NCBI GenBank assembly: GCA_004764695.1 | Contig: SMSO01000009.1 | Location: 1-64,000, forward strand | Direction: 5' to 3' | Source of the DNA: Schizochytrium sp. TIO01 | Lineage: Eukaryota; Protista; Bigyra: Labyrinthulomycetes | DNA: 64,000 nucleotides | Part shown: in pieces, positions 12,681-25,057 of the stretch | How positions within the stretch are numbered: position 1 is the first letter of the stretch | Layout: every line of letters begins with the position of its first letter | The notes under the pieces: model-generated | What the model saw: the letters and a program-made list of their open reading frames with translations, nothing else | Told to the model about the DNA's origin: nothing | Database searches by the model: none | Translations under genes and position numbers: made by a program

Positions 12681-15600
12681 AAACTGGCGATACCTCCGCC
12701 ACCCTTAGCCATCCTACTGATTCCTTTTAAGAGAGTACACATACATACATAGATTCTTACATACTGCGTACACCTTCTACCTACACAAAGACAGTCACTT
12801 GCAAAACGAGAAAAACCGCCTTTTGGGGTAAACTAAATAAACCAAAGATGAAGGACTCGGCACACGATACATATACATTCAAACATGCACACACCACCTT
12901 CACCGCCCGCCGTTAACAGGGCAGAGACAACTGCTGACTTTGCAGAGATCATCCGCTGCTTTTGAAAGAATGCAATGCTTTCTTTACACGTGTCAGCAAA
13001 CCAACATACGCCATGCAATGTAAAGGAGACTCGAAAGGAGACTCGAAAGAGAAAGAAGCAATGAAAGGTAAGACCTAGCTAGGCATCTACTTAGCTAGAC
13101 CGGTAGCACTGCCTACCTTCCTCAACATTTGGTACGACGGAGTCCTACCTGCCGACTTACTCGCCCACTGCTACCTGTAAACATAGGTACCTCCTACTCA
13201 GTCGCGCTGTCTCGAAAACAACAGAGTAAATAACTTGAAAGTTATCAATCAATGAAAACCAATCAATGAATGAGTCGAAATGAATGAGAAAGAGAGTCAA
13301 TCAGCTTTATACTAAATAATTGGACGATCGATCGATCTGATGCAGTGAGCGAACGAGCGAATCAGTCATTTGGCGAATGAGTCAGTAACTCTTCGCAAAT
13401 ACGTACTACGAAGCACTCAAACAGCAGATAATCGCTGTCCAAGCAGTTGCAGCCAAAGCCCGTTTTACAGTGAAGAAGGTTTTCAAGTATGAGACTTGAG
13501 AGACTTCGTTCAAAACAACAAACAACTTGAAACAGAGAGATTCATTCATTCACATGGAAAATCCAATCAGTTTCTACCTTCCCACCTACTGAAGGTACAT
13601 ATACCCAAGTAATAGGTACTTCTACCGCTACGTCCACGCGCCTCTCCGTACGCCTTACTTAGGCGCAGCTAAGCCGGCGGCTCACACGTGCGTCGAGAGC
13701 GCAGGCGGCCGTAGTCAGGTTTCAGCTAGCTAAGCTTTTCTTTTTCAACCATTAGTATTATTATTAGAATTAGTATTTTTACAAACAAAATGTATACCTA
13801 AAGAATTATGATAAAAAGAAAGCAAGCTCTGACTATACAACATACGACAGTAGGCAGTCACAGGCGCAAAATGAAAAGTTCTGAATAACAAACTACGTAG
13901 GACTTGGTATTTCAGACAGATTCTGAGATGGGCGGAAAACTTGACAATCTAGCTTAATTCCTAGGTTTTAAAGGAGCCTTTGGGCGAGGCAGATGCAGAG
14001 AAGAAGGCGTGGAAAGCCGGCAGCGATAGGCGTACGGCGACCTACGACGCAGTGCAGAACGGAGTCTGTAAAAGTACAAGGAGAAAAGCAGGCAAGCGTG
14101 GATAATTAGATAGATACTCCATTCGAGTTTCCATAATAGGATAGGCGCGATCTTTTAGCAGCGTTTCTTACAAGTTGCTTTTTAATTTATCATTTTTTAA
14201 TATTAAAATTAATATTATTTTCGCTTTCTTTCTTTCTTTTCTTTTGTTTTTTTATGAGTAGAATGGAACCCATGGAAGTTTGAAAAAGAAAGATCGATTG
14301 TGAAGCTTGCGGCCGTACGAGTGACGGCTTCAATAGACCAAGAAGAGTTTATCTCGCGGATGAGTCGCCTCTACGCCTTCTGAGCATGATAAACAGCAGC
14401 TCTGATGTGGCCCACATCGAGCACCTCATGAAAGTTGAAGTCGGGTTTCGAGGATTTCTGCAGCTTGAGAATAAAGAATAAAAGTTTTACGAGGTAGGCC
14501 TATCGCTATCACTTGAGTGGTCATTCAATTCTCAGATTCGTGTCTGTCAGAAAGGAGTTGGAAGGAAAGTCTCTCCTAAAAGAAAACTGCGGATTTGACG
14601 ACTACTCGTGCTGTGAAATGGTAGATGAGTGAGGTAGTTCAAACCTACGAACTGAGGTTTCGAAATTAATTGTCTTCGCGTGCGTGCCATGAAATAGGGC
14701 GTGTGGTTGTTAACGAGAATGATAGATGGACAAATCATTGAGCCTTTGAAATAAATACTCGCCGCTTTTCTCGAAGGCATCGCATCGCAACGATTCTGAT
14801 TGAATTTCTTTCGCCTCGAGCGTAGTGTTTACAAATCTATGCGGTTTAGTTTGGTGGAGTGCTTTTCACATTGTCGACATCGTTCTTTCATTGGTAGAGT
14901 ACTCCTCCGTTAGGCACTTTGTTCTTCGCCTCCGTTGTTTATAAAATCTGATTTTCAAGTTGCATGTCGATCGGTCGCAATTCAGACGTCGTGAGGATTG
15001 AATGGATAAATGAATCGCATATCCTATCCTCTCCACTCTTTTTCACGCGTACCTATCTATTAATGAGTTTTCTCATTTGATTGGCTGCGATGTCTGTAAT
15101 TTGTGCGATTTCAGCCAATTTAAATGTTCTCTTTTGGAGAGATGACGCATCGTATACACTTGTATGTGTTTATTCATTTATTTACTTACTTACTTACTTA
15201 CTTACTTACTAAAGGTAGATCAGCCTTCTCCGTTTTACTTTGTCCCTTTCCGAAGTGAATGTTTTTCTTCTTCTCCTATCTATGACATATCTATCTACAT
15301 CACACATCGTACATATAGAGATGAAGGTTAAATTTAACGCAATCACTTTGAGCTACTAGCAACCTACCTAGCGTACTCACACATAGATATAGTGTACCCA
15401 CTATGCCCCCGTTGAGCAAGCCTAAGGTGGTCTAATGAAGAATCAGCCGATCGCTTGTGACCTGGTGAAAAGGAGGACTGTCCTGGGAGAGACGAAACGA
15501 CCCAAAGTTAAAAAGAAAGAACTTTGAAAGAAAGAAAGAGAGGACTTTGCAGCCTCTACCCACATCTAAGTCAACGGCGATCGATGCAGCTTTCATTCAG

Positions 15601-18600
15601 TCAGACTCAGCTGTTCCGGTCCAAACTCAGCAGTTGTCTCCTTTCGTGTCCATCTCTCCGCTTTGGTGGGCTATTCGTTCTTGCAGACAAGCGGCTTTTG
15701 CTTGTCACTCACGGAGGACAGGCAGAGAAGAAAGAAAGAAAAAAAAAAAAAAAGAAAGGAAAAAAAAGAAGGGGAGAGACGAACAGAGGGATAGAACACC
15801 TGGAACCGTAACGGACGGAGCTCGCGGCGACCCTGCGCTGAGGTCCCAGATCTGCAGCAGAGCCGTCGGCTCCAAGGGGAGTTGAATGTATGGCGCGCGC
15901 AGAGCACGAAGCGTCCTCAGGGCGATCAATTTCAGCCGCCGCGGCAGCGTTTTATAGTAGAGCAAGACAGGGAGGTTTTGCCGATGTTATCAGTTGAAAT
16001 GAAAATTAAATTTAAGTTTATCTTTTGAGATTTGAAAATGAATCATAAATAAATAAAATCTAACTGATAAAACGGGGAAAGGAGCACTAGCTAGATTGAA
16101 CTCCTGCGGCGGTGAGTTTTGACACAGAACTAAGAACCGGAACAGGAACGAGTCGAGCGTCGCTCCACGCAGAGGAGCGAAGAGAAGGAGCCTCCGGTTG
16201 AGTCTCAACAAATTAATACTGATAGCGATGGTCCGCCAGGTGGTCCGCGTCCCAGCTTGCTCTCGCCGTGTTGCGACGCCGCCAGCTTCGACAGAAGCGA
16301 TGAAAGCTAAGTCTGAAAATTCAAAACCCGGCACGTGCAGACGGTCAATCTCGTAGGCAAATGTAAACACATTTATCGAGGGAGATTCGAGGCAACCGCC
16401 CGTCTTACGCTGGCCCCGTTGGACTATCCATTGAAGCCTTGTTTTGTTGCTTGCTTGCTTGGTTCTAAAAATTTCGAGCGCTCGCGACATGCAGACTTGT
16501 GCGAGCGGCTATCCAACGATCGGTTGTTCCAAACGACACTGATTCCTCGTTCTTGAAGAGAGCGGTCCAAAGGTCCGCCTATGCAAATCTTCAAAAGAAT
16601 GTCGTGGCGCGATTGAAATCTTCTATGTTTATTTACAGACGTGCAGCAAAAGAACGAACCAAAGAGCATCAGCAGAAAAGCACCTCTCCATGTCTCCAAC
16701 TCGCTTGCCGGTGTGCTTCGATGCGATGTCTTTGCTGGTTAATCTCGCTTCTGGGTTTGCGTGTAGTTCAACCGAGATCAATTCGACGCACCACGGTCAT
16801 CGCATGATACTTTCATGAGGCGAGGCAGCGATTCAAGTCAACTGCGACACACTCCAAACACAGAGAGAGGCGTTACCGATCATCGCATGCTCCATCACAC
16901 TCCATCAGTTAGGTGTGTGGTCCCGCGATCATCGATCTCCGCCGCTTCGCGATGCTGTTCACGATAGAGCTGCAGGTACCCAATGGAAGCGTCCCTTTGT
17001 GACGTTTTAGGGGAGTTTTGAGTTCCAGGTGTGCGAAACTATCTCTCTGGAAGTAAGTAGCTTCTATCGATCGCGAGGGTGGTTTGGAATCAGCAGTAGG
17101 AGCGGGCGCTAGCTGGGCACTAGGAGGTGCGCCAGAATAGTAAAAGAGAATGTTTTATTTATTTATTATGGTTGCCTTTAAATCTTCAATTTAAAATGTA
17201 AATGGAATGACTCTGCCCGTGCTAGAGGCCTCCTAGGCTAAAGGCTAAAGAAGAAGGGGGGTCAGAGCACGGGTGTCCCCGGAAAACGAAGACATCGCGT
17301 ACCGTCTTCCGTGGGCGTACCACCAAGTGACGGAGAGGGGATCAGTTAAGATATTTTGGCAAGTTGGGCAAACTCAAGACCGCCTTCCATTGGACCGGAG
17401 ACAGGGTCAGCCGAGTAGAAGCCTGCCTGCCAAGCAACCTCTGCAGCTACCGCAGTGGCTTTACGACCGCGAAGCCCGAAAACTGCATGGTTTTCAATTG
17501 ACCCAACTTGCAAAAGACTGCATTCAACCCGTGGACTCTGACTAGCGAGAGCGGGTAGCTACTAGTACTAGCAGTAAGTACTCGTCGCACTCTTAAGCAG
17601 AACACAGAATGAATGCGGACCCAAAGTGAGGAAGTATCAACTAAGAGCGAAAAGCTCTCATGCGCCATCCTGAATAAAGGCAGGAAAGAAGTCGAACAGT
17701 GTACAAACAAAAGAACAATTTAAAAATGATACGTGTATGTGTGTGTATGTATAGCTTTGCGCTGTCCTCAGAGGCTCTGTATGTTGCGGTCATTTCTGCA
17801 GTCTGCTTTCGAGCAGGCCATGGAAAGAAGACGATTGAAGGAGGATTATTGAAAGAAGGCGTGGAATGCTCAGCTGTGAGCTCGGACGGTGCTCAAACGC
17901 CGCAAATATTCATTCATTCATTCACTCACTCACTCCTAATCGACCGAATGCGCAGGTTTTCGTATTTTTGCTGTTTTGCTGTTTTCAATCTTCTTGAGAG
18001 ACGTAATTAATTAATTAATTAGTGAGACACGTAAAAGTGCTGCTGAGTTGATGGCGGTTGTTCAACTGTTCTACCGGGTTTTCAAAATAGACAGCACTCT
18101 GCCCCTCTTACTTTCCTTAGTGGGGGGGTACGTTCTCTATGAAGAGGTTTCTCTATGCCCAAAGGTGTTCTCTGTTTCCTTTTAGAACGAGCTAGTTCTG
18201 TTCTGTTTTAGAACATAAGGCGTAAGAGCAGACGGGTAACTCCGCGTACCCCAGCCAAAACAAACAAGTGCGCTGGTCTCTCTCGAAGTACAATTGCACG
18301 AGGTTATCAACGCGTCGCGGCTGCTCACAAGTCACAGCGGACATATCGCGACGGATAATTCAGGCCCTCGCAACGTGACCGCCGCGGCTGCTCAGTCGCC
18401 ACTGAGATCGGTTAAGCTGCAAACTGTGTCCTTCGTGCCGGAACCCGCGGAGTCGGGACATCGATTTCTCCAATCTTTTCCTCATTTCTTTTCTCTTTGC
18501 TTACAGGTTTTTAAATTATAATTTATGGGTTTAAAATTATTTTTATTTGTAGTTTCATTTGCTTTTGAACATTTTCTGTGACATTTTCTGTAAGAGTGTT

Positions 18601-21600
18601 TGAGTGTTTATTTGTCTTATTTGCTCGCTTTGGTTTGGTTTGAGTTGAGTTGAGTTGCTGTGAGGAAGGGAACCGCCGGGACCTGTCGAAAGAGCCCCTA
18701 TGCGCGGAAGCCGGAAAGGTTCTGAGCCGACCGACTGTATCTTTCCCCGAGAGAGGACGCTTGCTGGTCTCAAGAAAGAGGTTAGTGCGATGCTTTTAGC
18801 TGTTTTCTGAAGGCAGACTGATTGTATTGGCGTGAAGTTAAAAATCAAAGTTTAACCCACACCAAAGTGGGCACGCAACCACGTTCGCGACATTCTGCTT
18901 TTTTCCTTTTTCTTTTCTTTTAAAATTAAATTTAAAGGTTAAATTGTTTTGCTCGATTTTAGTATTATTTTCCTTTATCGCAATTCACTTCTATATCTCA
19001 CTCTTCTTTGTTGCTCCTTCATTCGTTGGGTTAAGGCCTTTCGGAATGGCCATTGGTTCGAAGGCTGTCTTTTTGAGGCTCGTATCGTCAGCGTTCAACA
19101 AAGCAGGCTTGAAGGCGTCGGCTTCGAACCTGTAAGTTCGTGGACAACGTGCAATTTTATACTCACGCATTGGACGAGAGCACTTTTGGAGATATAGAGG
19201 ATTGATTGATTACCACTTTCATTCAAATATTCGAAACGCAGCAAAAGTGAAAGTAAAATCATCATTCGCGAAGTGGCGCTTTTGGTGCATCTTAGTGAAA
19301 GAAGCGAACCCTCTTTTCTTCTATCTTCGAGCTCCAATTCACTTTGGAAATTGCCAGTTTCACTTTAGAATGTGTGTTTCGCCAACGCACGAAACCAGTT
19401 TCGATAAATATGAACGCCTCGACCATCGATCGATTGATTGGCTCTCCGAGTTAGTTAACCCGAAAGGTACGCGGAGCAAAGCAAAGAAGATATTGCGCAA
19501 AGGCGATGCACAGTCGATGTGGAGGTTGAGCGGTTCTGCTGCGGGATCAAACTTGGAACGGATTCGAAACAGAACAGATCCAAGTACAAATCCAAGAACG
19601 AATATCTTTCCAGTGCAGTGGCAATCCTTTGACAGCCCTCCTTACGCCACTGCGCTCCCGCCTACGAAGGAAAGAACGTACGCTTGAGCTTCGTTGGCAA
19701 TGGATGGCGCTGTCAGAACTGCTCTGCTGTAGTTGGTTCTACGAGGCAACGGCCAATCTTGGAAAGCTCTAACTACTTTGCTTCGAGTCAAAGGTGCCTG
19801 TCACCTTCCTGATTGAACATTGAACATTGTTGAACATGCTTTGTGTTCAAATTGTTAGCTGCAAATGTTCGAATTCCCCTCACAAGTGGAAAATGATCCT
19901 TGTAATTAAATGAATCTTTCAACTTGGGACCTGGGACCCCTCTTCTTTAAAAACTCCTTTTATTTTGTTTATTTTGTTTATTTTGTTTATTTTGTTTTGG
20001 TTTTTTGTTTTTTACGATTAAACTAAAAATGAATGTTTCCGGGTTATGAGTAAATAACAAATATGATAATGAAGTAATTATAATTAAAAACTTTTAACAC
20101 TTTTATTTTTATCTGGATGTCCCAACTTGAACTAACTTTTACGCGACGACGTGAAGCGAGAGAACGGGTTGCATATTACAGGCCCTGGACGTTTTTGGAT
20201 GGGCCCAATACTGAGCGCGAGTCTGGTTCTGTAAATAATGGCGCGAGGTCTCGCACTTCTCCAGCGAACTTGACAGGTTTTCCTCTGTTCATCAACCAAC
20301 CACGTTGACAGAACGCGTTCTTCTTTCTGCAGAGAACGAGTATATTATCCTCGCAGACATGTGGTGATAGTTGGAGGTACGCTCCAATTGCAGAGGTATC
20401 ATGTTCATCCATTCATTCATGCACTCACTATTAAATCGATGCGTGCGGTTTTACAGAGCCTCATACGATGTGGCATTTCGAGCAATTTGACGCTCCTTAT
20501 GGGCAAATCAATCCTTCAGATCCCTGCTCCCTGTTTCTCCAAAGACAAACTCGAAGCGTCTTACGAGTATGTCGTAGGAGTGCTTTGCTACCCAGGATTC
20601 TGGCTGGCTCATGTGATTTGTCCCTCTGCTATAAACTCTAGAGGAGAAAAAGGCATTCGAGAGAAGATCTTTCTCTCTCTTTCTATGTGTGTCCAAAGGC
20701 TCGAAATCACGAGACAAAACGTGACGTTGAAAGCATCGGTCTCCTTACAGGTCTTTGCTGCGCTAAACGGAACGAGCCAAGACTTACCTACGCAAATGGG
20801 GTGCTTGGAAACTGCGCTAACCTTTAATCTCGGCAGAATGTCCTGTTTTCTTGACTTGAGAGATCTCTTTTCGAAATAAGAGATCCATTCTTTTTGATAG
20901 TGTTCCTTCCTGTCTTGTTGTTATTGTTCTTGTTCTTTTATTGCCTTTCTCTTTTTCTCTTCTCAACTTGAAATGAGGCGAGTCCGTTCAAAGAGTCTTG
21001 ATAGTTGACACCCGTGTATACAAGAGCCAGGAACGAACTAAGGGTCAACGAAGGTGTGGTAAGGGTGTGGGGCGCGAGCTTCAGCTCCTGTCTCAATTTA
21101 AGTTTGGTTTGTTTGCTTGCTTGCTTGTTTTTTTTTTTGTGTTAATTCCTCACACACTCGACATCTTATCCGTTATGTACGAGCGACTCAAATCTAAGGC
21201 AAAATAAATATCTGAGACCACCGCGCAAAGTACCCGCGCTTAATGCGATTGGCGAATGAAGGATAAAGCACAGCCTTGAAACTGTCCAGCAACGAGAACT
21301 GCGGTCTTTATCCATCCTGAGCGAAATGATCTTAGTGTGGAGGGGGTGCTTCTCGTAATAATTTTATAGGGACACTATTGTAACCTAAACCGTCCGTACA
21401 CTGTCCCGTTACCCTGTGATGGGGATGGACAACAGCGATATAATATCGGTTGAGCGGTGCGGACTCAAAGTTACTTGGTTTTCTCTTCGGAAACAATCGA
21501 GCAAGCGAGCATTTGTCTCAAGATTTATCCTGTGCGCAATGTCCATTTCATGACAGCAAGAGCAGGTCAGTGCACCCTCTTTCTCCCCCAACGACAGTGC

Positions 21601-22784
21601 TACTGAGTAACATTGATATAGAGGAATAATATATATATATGAACAAGTGGAATTGTTTCGAAAATCATTACATTATGTAATTCCAACTCTTGAAGATGAT
21701 TGAGCTTGCAAAGACACGGGTCGCGCCCTTGCACTCAAATTATTGATACTTACTACACTAACGACAGCACACTCACTCACCATCATATCTCTAGCTTTGA
21801 AATTTTCTAGAAATTCAGTATACAAAAAACAAAAAACGAAGACATCCCTCGCAGAGTTGGCCATGCTTGATGGAAATTTTGCACACAAACAAGCCAGTTG
21901 TTACTGTACAATCGATTTCAATTGCACATCAATAGTGAATAAAGCACGCATCTGTTAATGAGATAGACTACGGTAAAATACCGCTCATAACATATTGCAC
22001 ACGTCTCAAGGGGAAGGCCGGACTGTGCTAATCAAAATGCTATCTATGCGTTCACATTGGACAGTATCTGCAATTTATATAAGTATATTTAAGATATATT
22101 CGTCTACTATTTCTTATAATGACCATTTATTCAAGGATTAAAAGCAACACATGATAGTTGTTCAGAATTTGGGTACTACAGTCTATCAAGAAGCACATAT
22201 TTTACCATAAATCCATAAGAAATTTAAAGGTGGTAAAGACGTAGCTATTGGAAATGTTAATATATTTGACAAATTAGAATTTGAAGAGAAGATCGAGGTT
22301 GAGTGCTGATATGTTGCGATTCAGAATGTGGCCTCTGCTCCTTGGTCTTAAAAAATTCGAAATAAACAGGAAACATCTTCACATTTTAAACGGAACACTG
22401 TTAGAAGACCTGCTCAGTTCTACTATTCAATAAACATATCCTCACGCACCTACAGATTATGATAAGTTCGTAGCAGCAATAGATTCCTTATTCCTGATGC
22501 AGGTCTTTTTTGGCCGTGCCAACTCCCTCGTGACCATGAACAGGTTCATTCAAGTCGGAAGACTTATTAGACTGGATAGGCAGTGCTAAGAGATTATTCT
22601 AGTCATTTTGAGGTTCGCTATGAAGATGAAGGCAAGAGTTATGAAGAAAGTTTTTAGAAGGCTTAGGAAGGCCAAATAAATTCCAGATTTAAGAGTTAGG
22701 GATCTTCTGTCCCTGGAAATGTATCCCAAGACAGACTGCTTTATGTTACAATCAGGAAACTATTGAAGTAACCTACAGCTACTG

Positions 22785-22816
22785 CCTAACCTAACCTAAC
22801 CTAACCTAACCTAACC
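22785..22816. repeat. (CCTAA)6 interstitial telomere-like tract (TTAGG on the minus strand)
   Basis: Six perfect CCTAA units plus CC. Confidence 0.85.
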
Positions 22817-24049
22817 AAGCTCTCACTCATATCTGACACATACTGTGTATTGGACTGGCATCATTCATTCATCCCTGCCTGTATCCATACCCGAAACCCT
22901 AATAACTCATATATCATCCGCTTTCTCTTTCTCCTGAGTTCACCATCCTTGTCAGACTACCTCTGCACGCTTCTCACCACAAGCTACTCTGCATTAGAGA
23001 CTAAGACAGGTTTGATCTGTACTCGACACAATTGAAGAGGTTCAACTACCTTGTCCTTTCAACTGTTACTTGTAATTTCATCATACTTTATTTTAGCACA
23101 TGTTTTGTCCACTTTTACATCTCGCTCGGCTATCTTGGGGTCACAACCTCGCATCTAATTGTCTAATTCTAATCCTATGTAAATCCTAAACTCTTGAGGG
23201 CTTCGATTGGACACCACCACAAACTTTAGCAATATCGTGTCCTTCGATTGGGAATCTCAGCAGGCGCTTCCTCGCCACAAGGGAAAGAAGTCTCACGACT
23301 TTGTTATACAAGACAAACAGAGTTGAGAGTTGCTTTACGGAGTTATGCGCTTCCAAACCTTATCGGGAAGGACGAGTTTCTTGGTCCACGTGCAGGGAGT
23401 TGCGGCAAATGATCAATCCGTCTGTAGATCCCAACATTTTCGACATTTGAAAGATACCCTTTGATCTCATCGCAATTGGCAGACCCATCCTCAGTAATTC
23501 GTACCTAGCGACCTTGTTGTAAAATAACCTGTCCTCGCAAAACCCACGACTAACCAACGCATGCACCGAGAGCGGGATATGGTCCATTGCAAAGAAGTGT
23601 TGATCGCGTTGATACACTAATGCATGATTGCATTTTCTTGAAGCCAAACGTTATAACAGAACCAAATTCAAAAGAGTTGATGTAAGCTGTGTACACTTGG
23701 GCAAGAGTGAACTACGCGGGCAGACCCTTTATCAAATACCAAGAGAATTTGTCGGAATACTTTTCAAGAAGATTACCCAAGGGAGTTATAACATGAGCCT
23801 CCGCTGTGGTCAACGCTTGCACGAGGTTTTAACCCGACTCCAGGACCATAACGATGGTAGCAGAGGCAGTGACGTATGCACTACCACAAGTAGCAGGAGT
23901 TGATACATTTTTATCGTGCCTTATGGGGGCACTTTCAAACAATAGTGATAATCTTATTGAACATGTCAAGTTGCGGTGAGCGGCGAATAGCCAAACACGG
24001 AGAATACGGAAACCAGCAAAAAAGGTAGCCTTTTGAGCAGTGCAGCATT

Positions 24050-24172
24050 CTCAGTACTCCCAGTATTTTCAGCATTCTCGGCCCTCTCAACACTCTCAGC
24101 ACTCTCAGCACGCTCAGCACTCTCAGCACGCTCAGCACTCTCAGTAGTAGCAGCAGCAGCAGCAGCAGCAGC
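24050..24172. repeat. 9-bp tandem repeat (CTCAGCACT/CTCAGCACG) followed by (GCA)n
   Basis: About 10 degenerate 9-mers. The minus strand reads AAAAAAAATTESAERAESAERAESAES. Confidence 0.85.
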
Positions 24173-25057
24173 CTTTGATACTTTGTCAGCAATTTTTCTC
24201 AGACCAAAAGTATCTTAGTAACAGCAACAATAGTTTTCTCAGTAGCGCTCTATGAGTGACAGCAACTGTATCAGATGTCAAATGATGCAGCCAGAGTTTG
24301 TGAGAGTCAGCTTCAAGCTCTGGTTGAATGACCGCTTAGTTAGCTGAGAAGAAGAATTAAAAGAATGATTACGAAATTCTTGACAAAGTTTAACTGGTGC
24401 ACCAAGAACTCTTTCTTTTTTATATCGTAACACAATTCTTGAAATTCGGTCAGAGGGGACAATTTTACGAAAAGGATGTCCGTCGAGAGAGTTGAACTAA
24501 TCTGACCCAATGATTTTAGATAACTTTATTTCCATGCTTTTCTTTTCACTCTCAGTAGTCCGAGGCTACTTCTAAGAATCAAAATATTTCGGTGAGACCA
24601 CACGTCAAAGTTCATGCATCACCCAATGCATCCTAGCTATTCTTCTAACTAACGAAAGAATAAGGTGCCGACCCAGTACTTCACAACTATTTTGTCGATG
24701 CACACCGTGAGAAGACACCGTACATCTTGCGTACTACAAGCTATGACCAGTGGGAAATACACAGAAGCCAAGCCTGTAAGGCAATATGTTTGCCAATTCA
24801 CCTTATAGAGCGACTACATTGCTCTGAATAGGAGGTCACAGATTGAACGACAAAACTGGCCCTCGTGCTAAGACACACTAAAAATATCCTGAACAGGAGG
24901 AAAGTTTAAGAAATATATATATATATTAATGTGTCAATTAAACAAGAACAATCCTAAATATTTTCCAAATGCCATAGAATACGAAGTATGACATTAACAT
25001 GCACAAAGAACTATGAAAGTCTTTATCGTTATAGTCCTTTCCACGTCCGATCTATCT

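Larger units (their letters stand above)
22100..24300 (-). pseudogene. Decayed coiled-coil + REase + kinase pseudogene, likely paralogue of 41211..43475
   Basis: Minus-strand remnants occur in the same order as in the intact gene: AE-rich repeats (~24050-24170), STDGLII (~23420), TLAFIFIANLK (~22620, homologous to ~47060), kinase loop relic GHILNRNISALNL (~22295-22333), LMD(Y)G, and ATGTGTTGCTTT (MCCF) identical to 43071-43082. Many stops and frameshifts. Confidence 0.6.
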
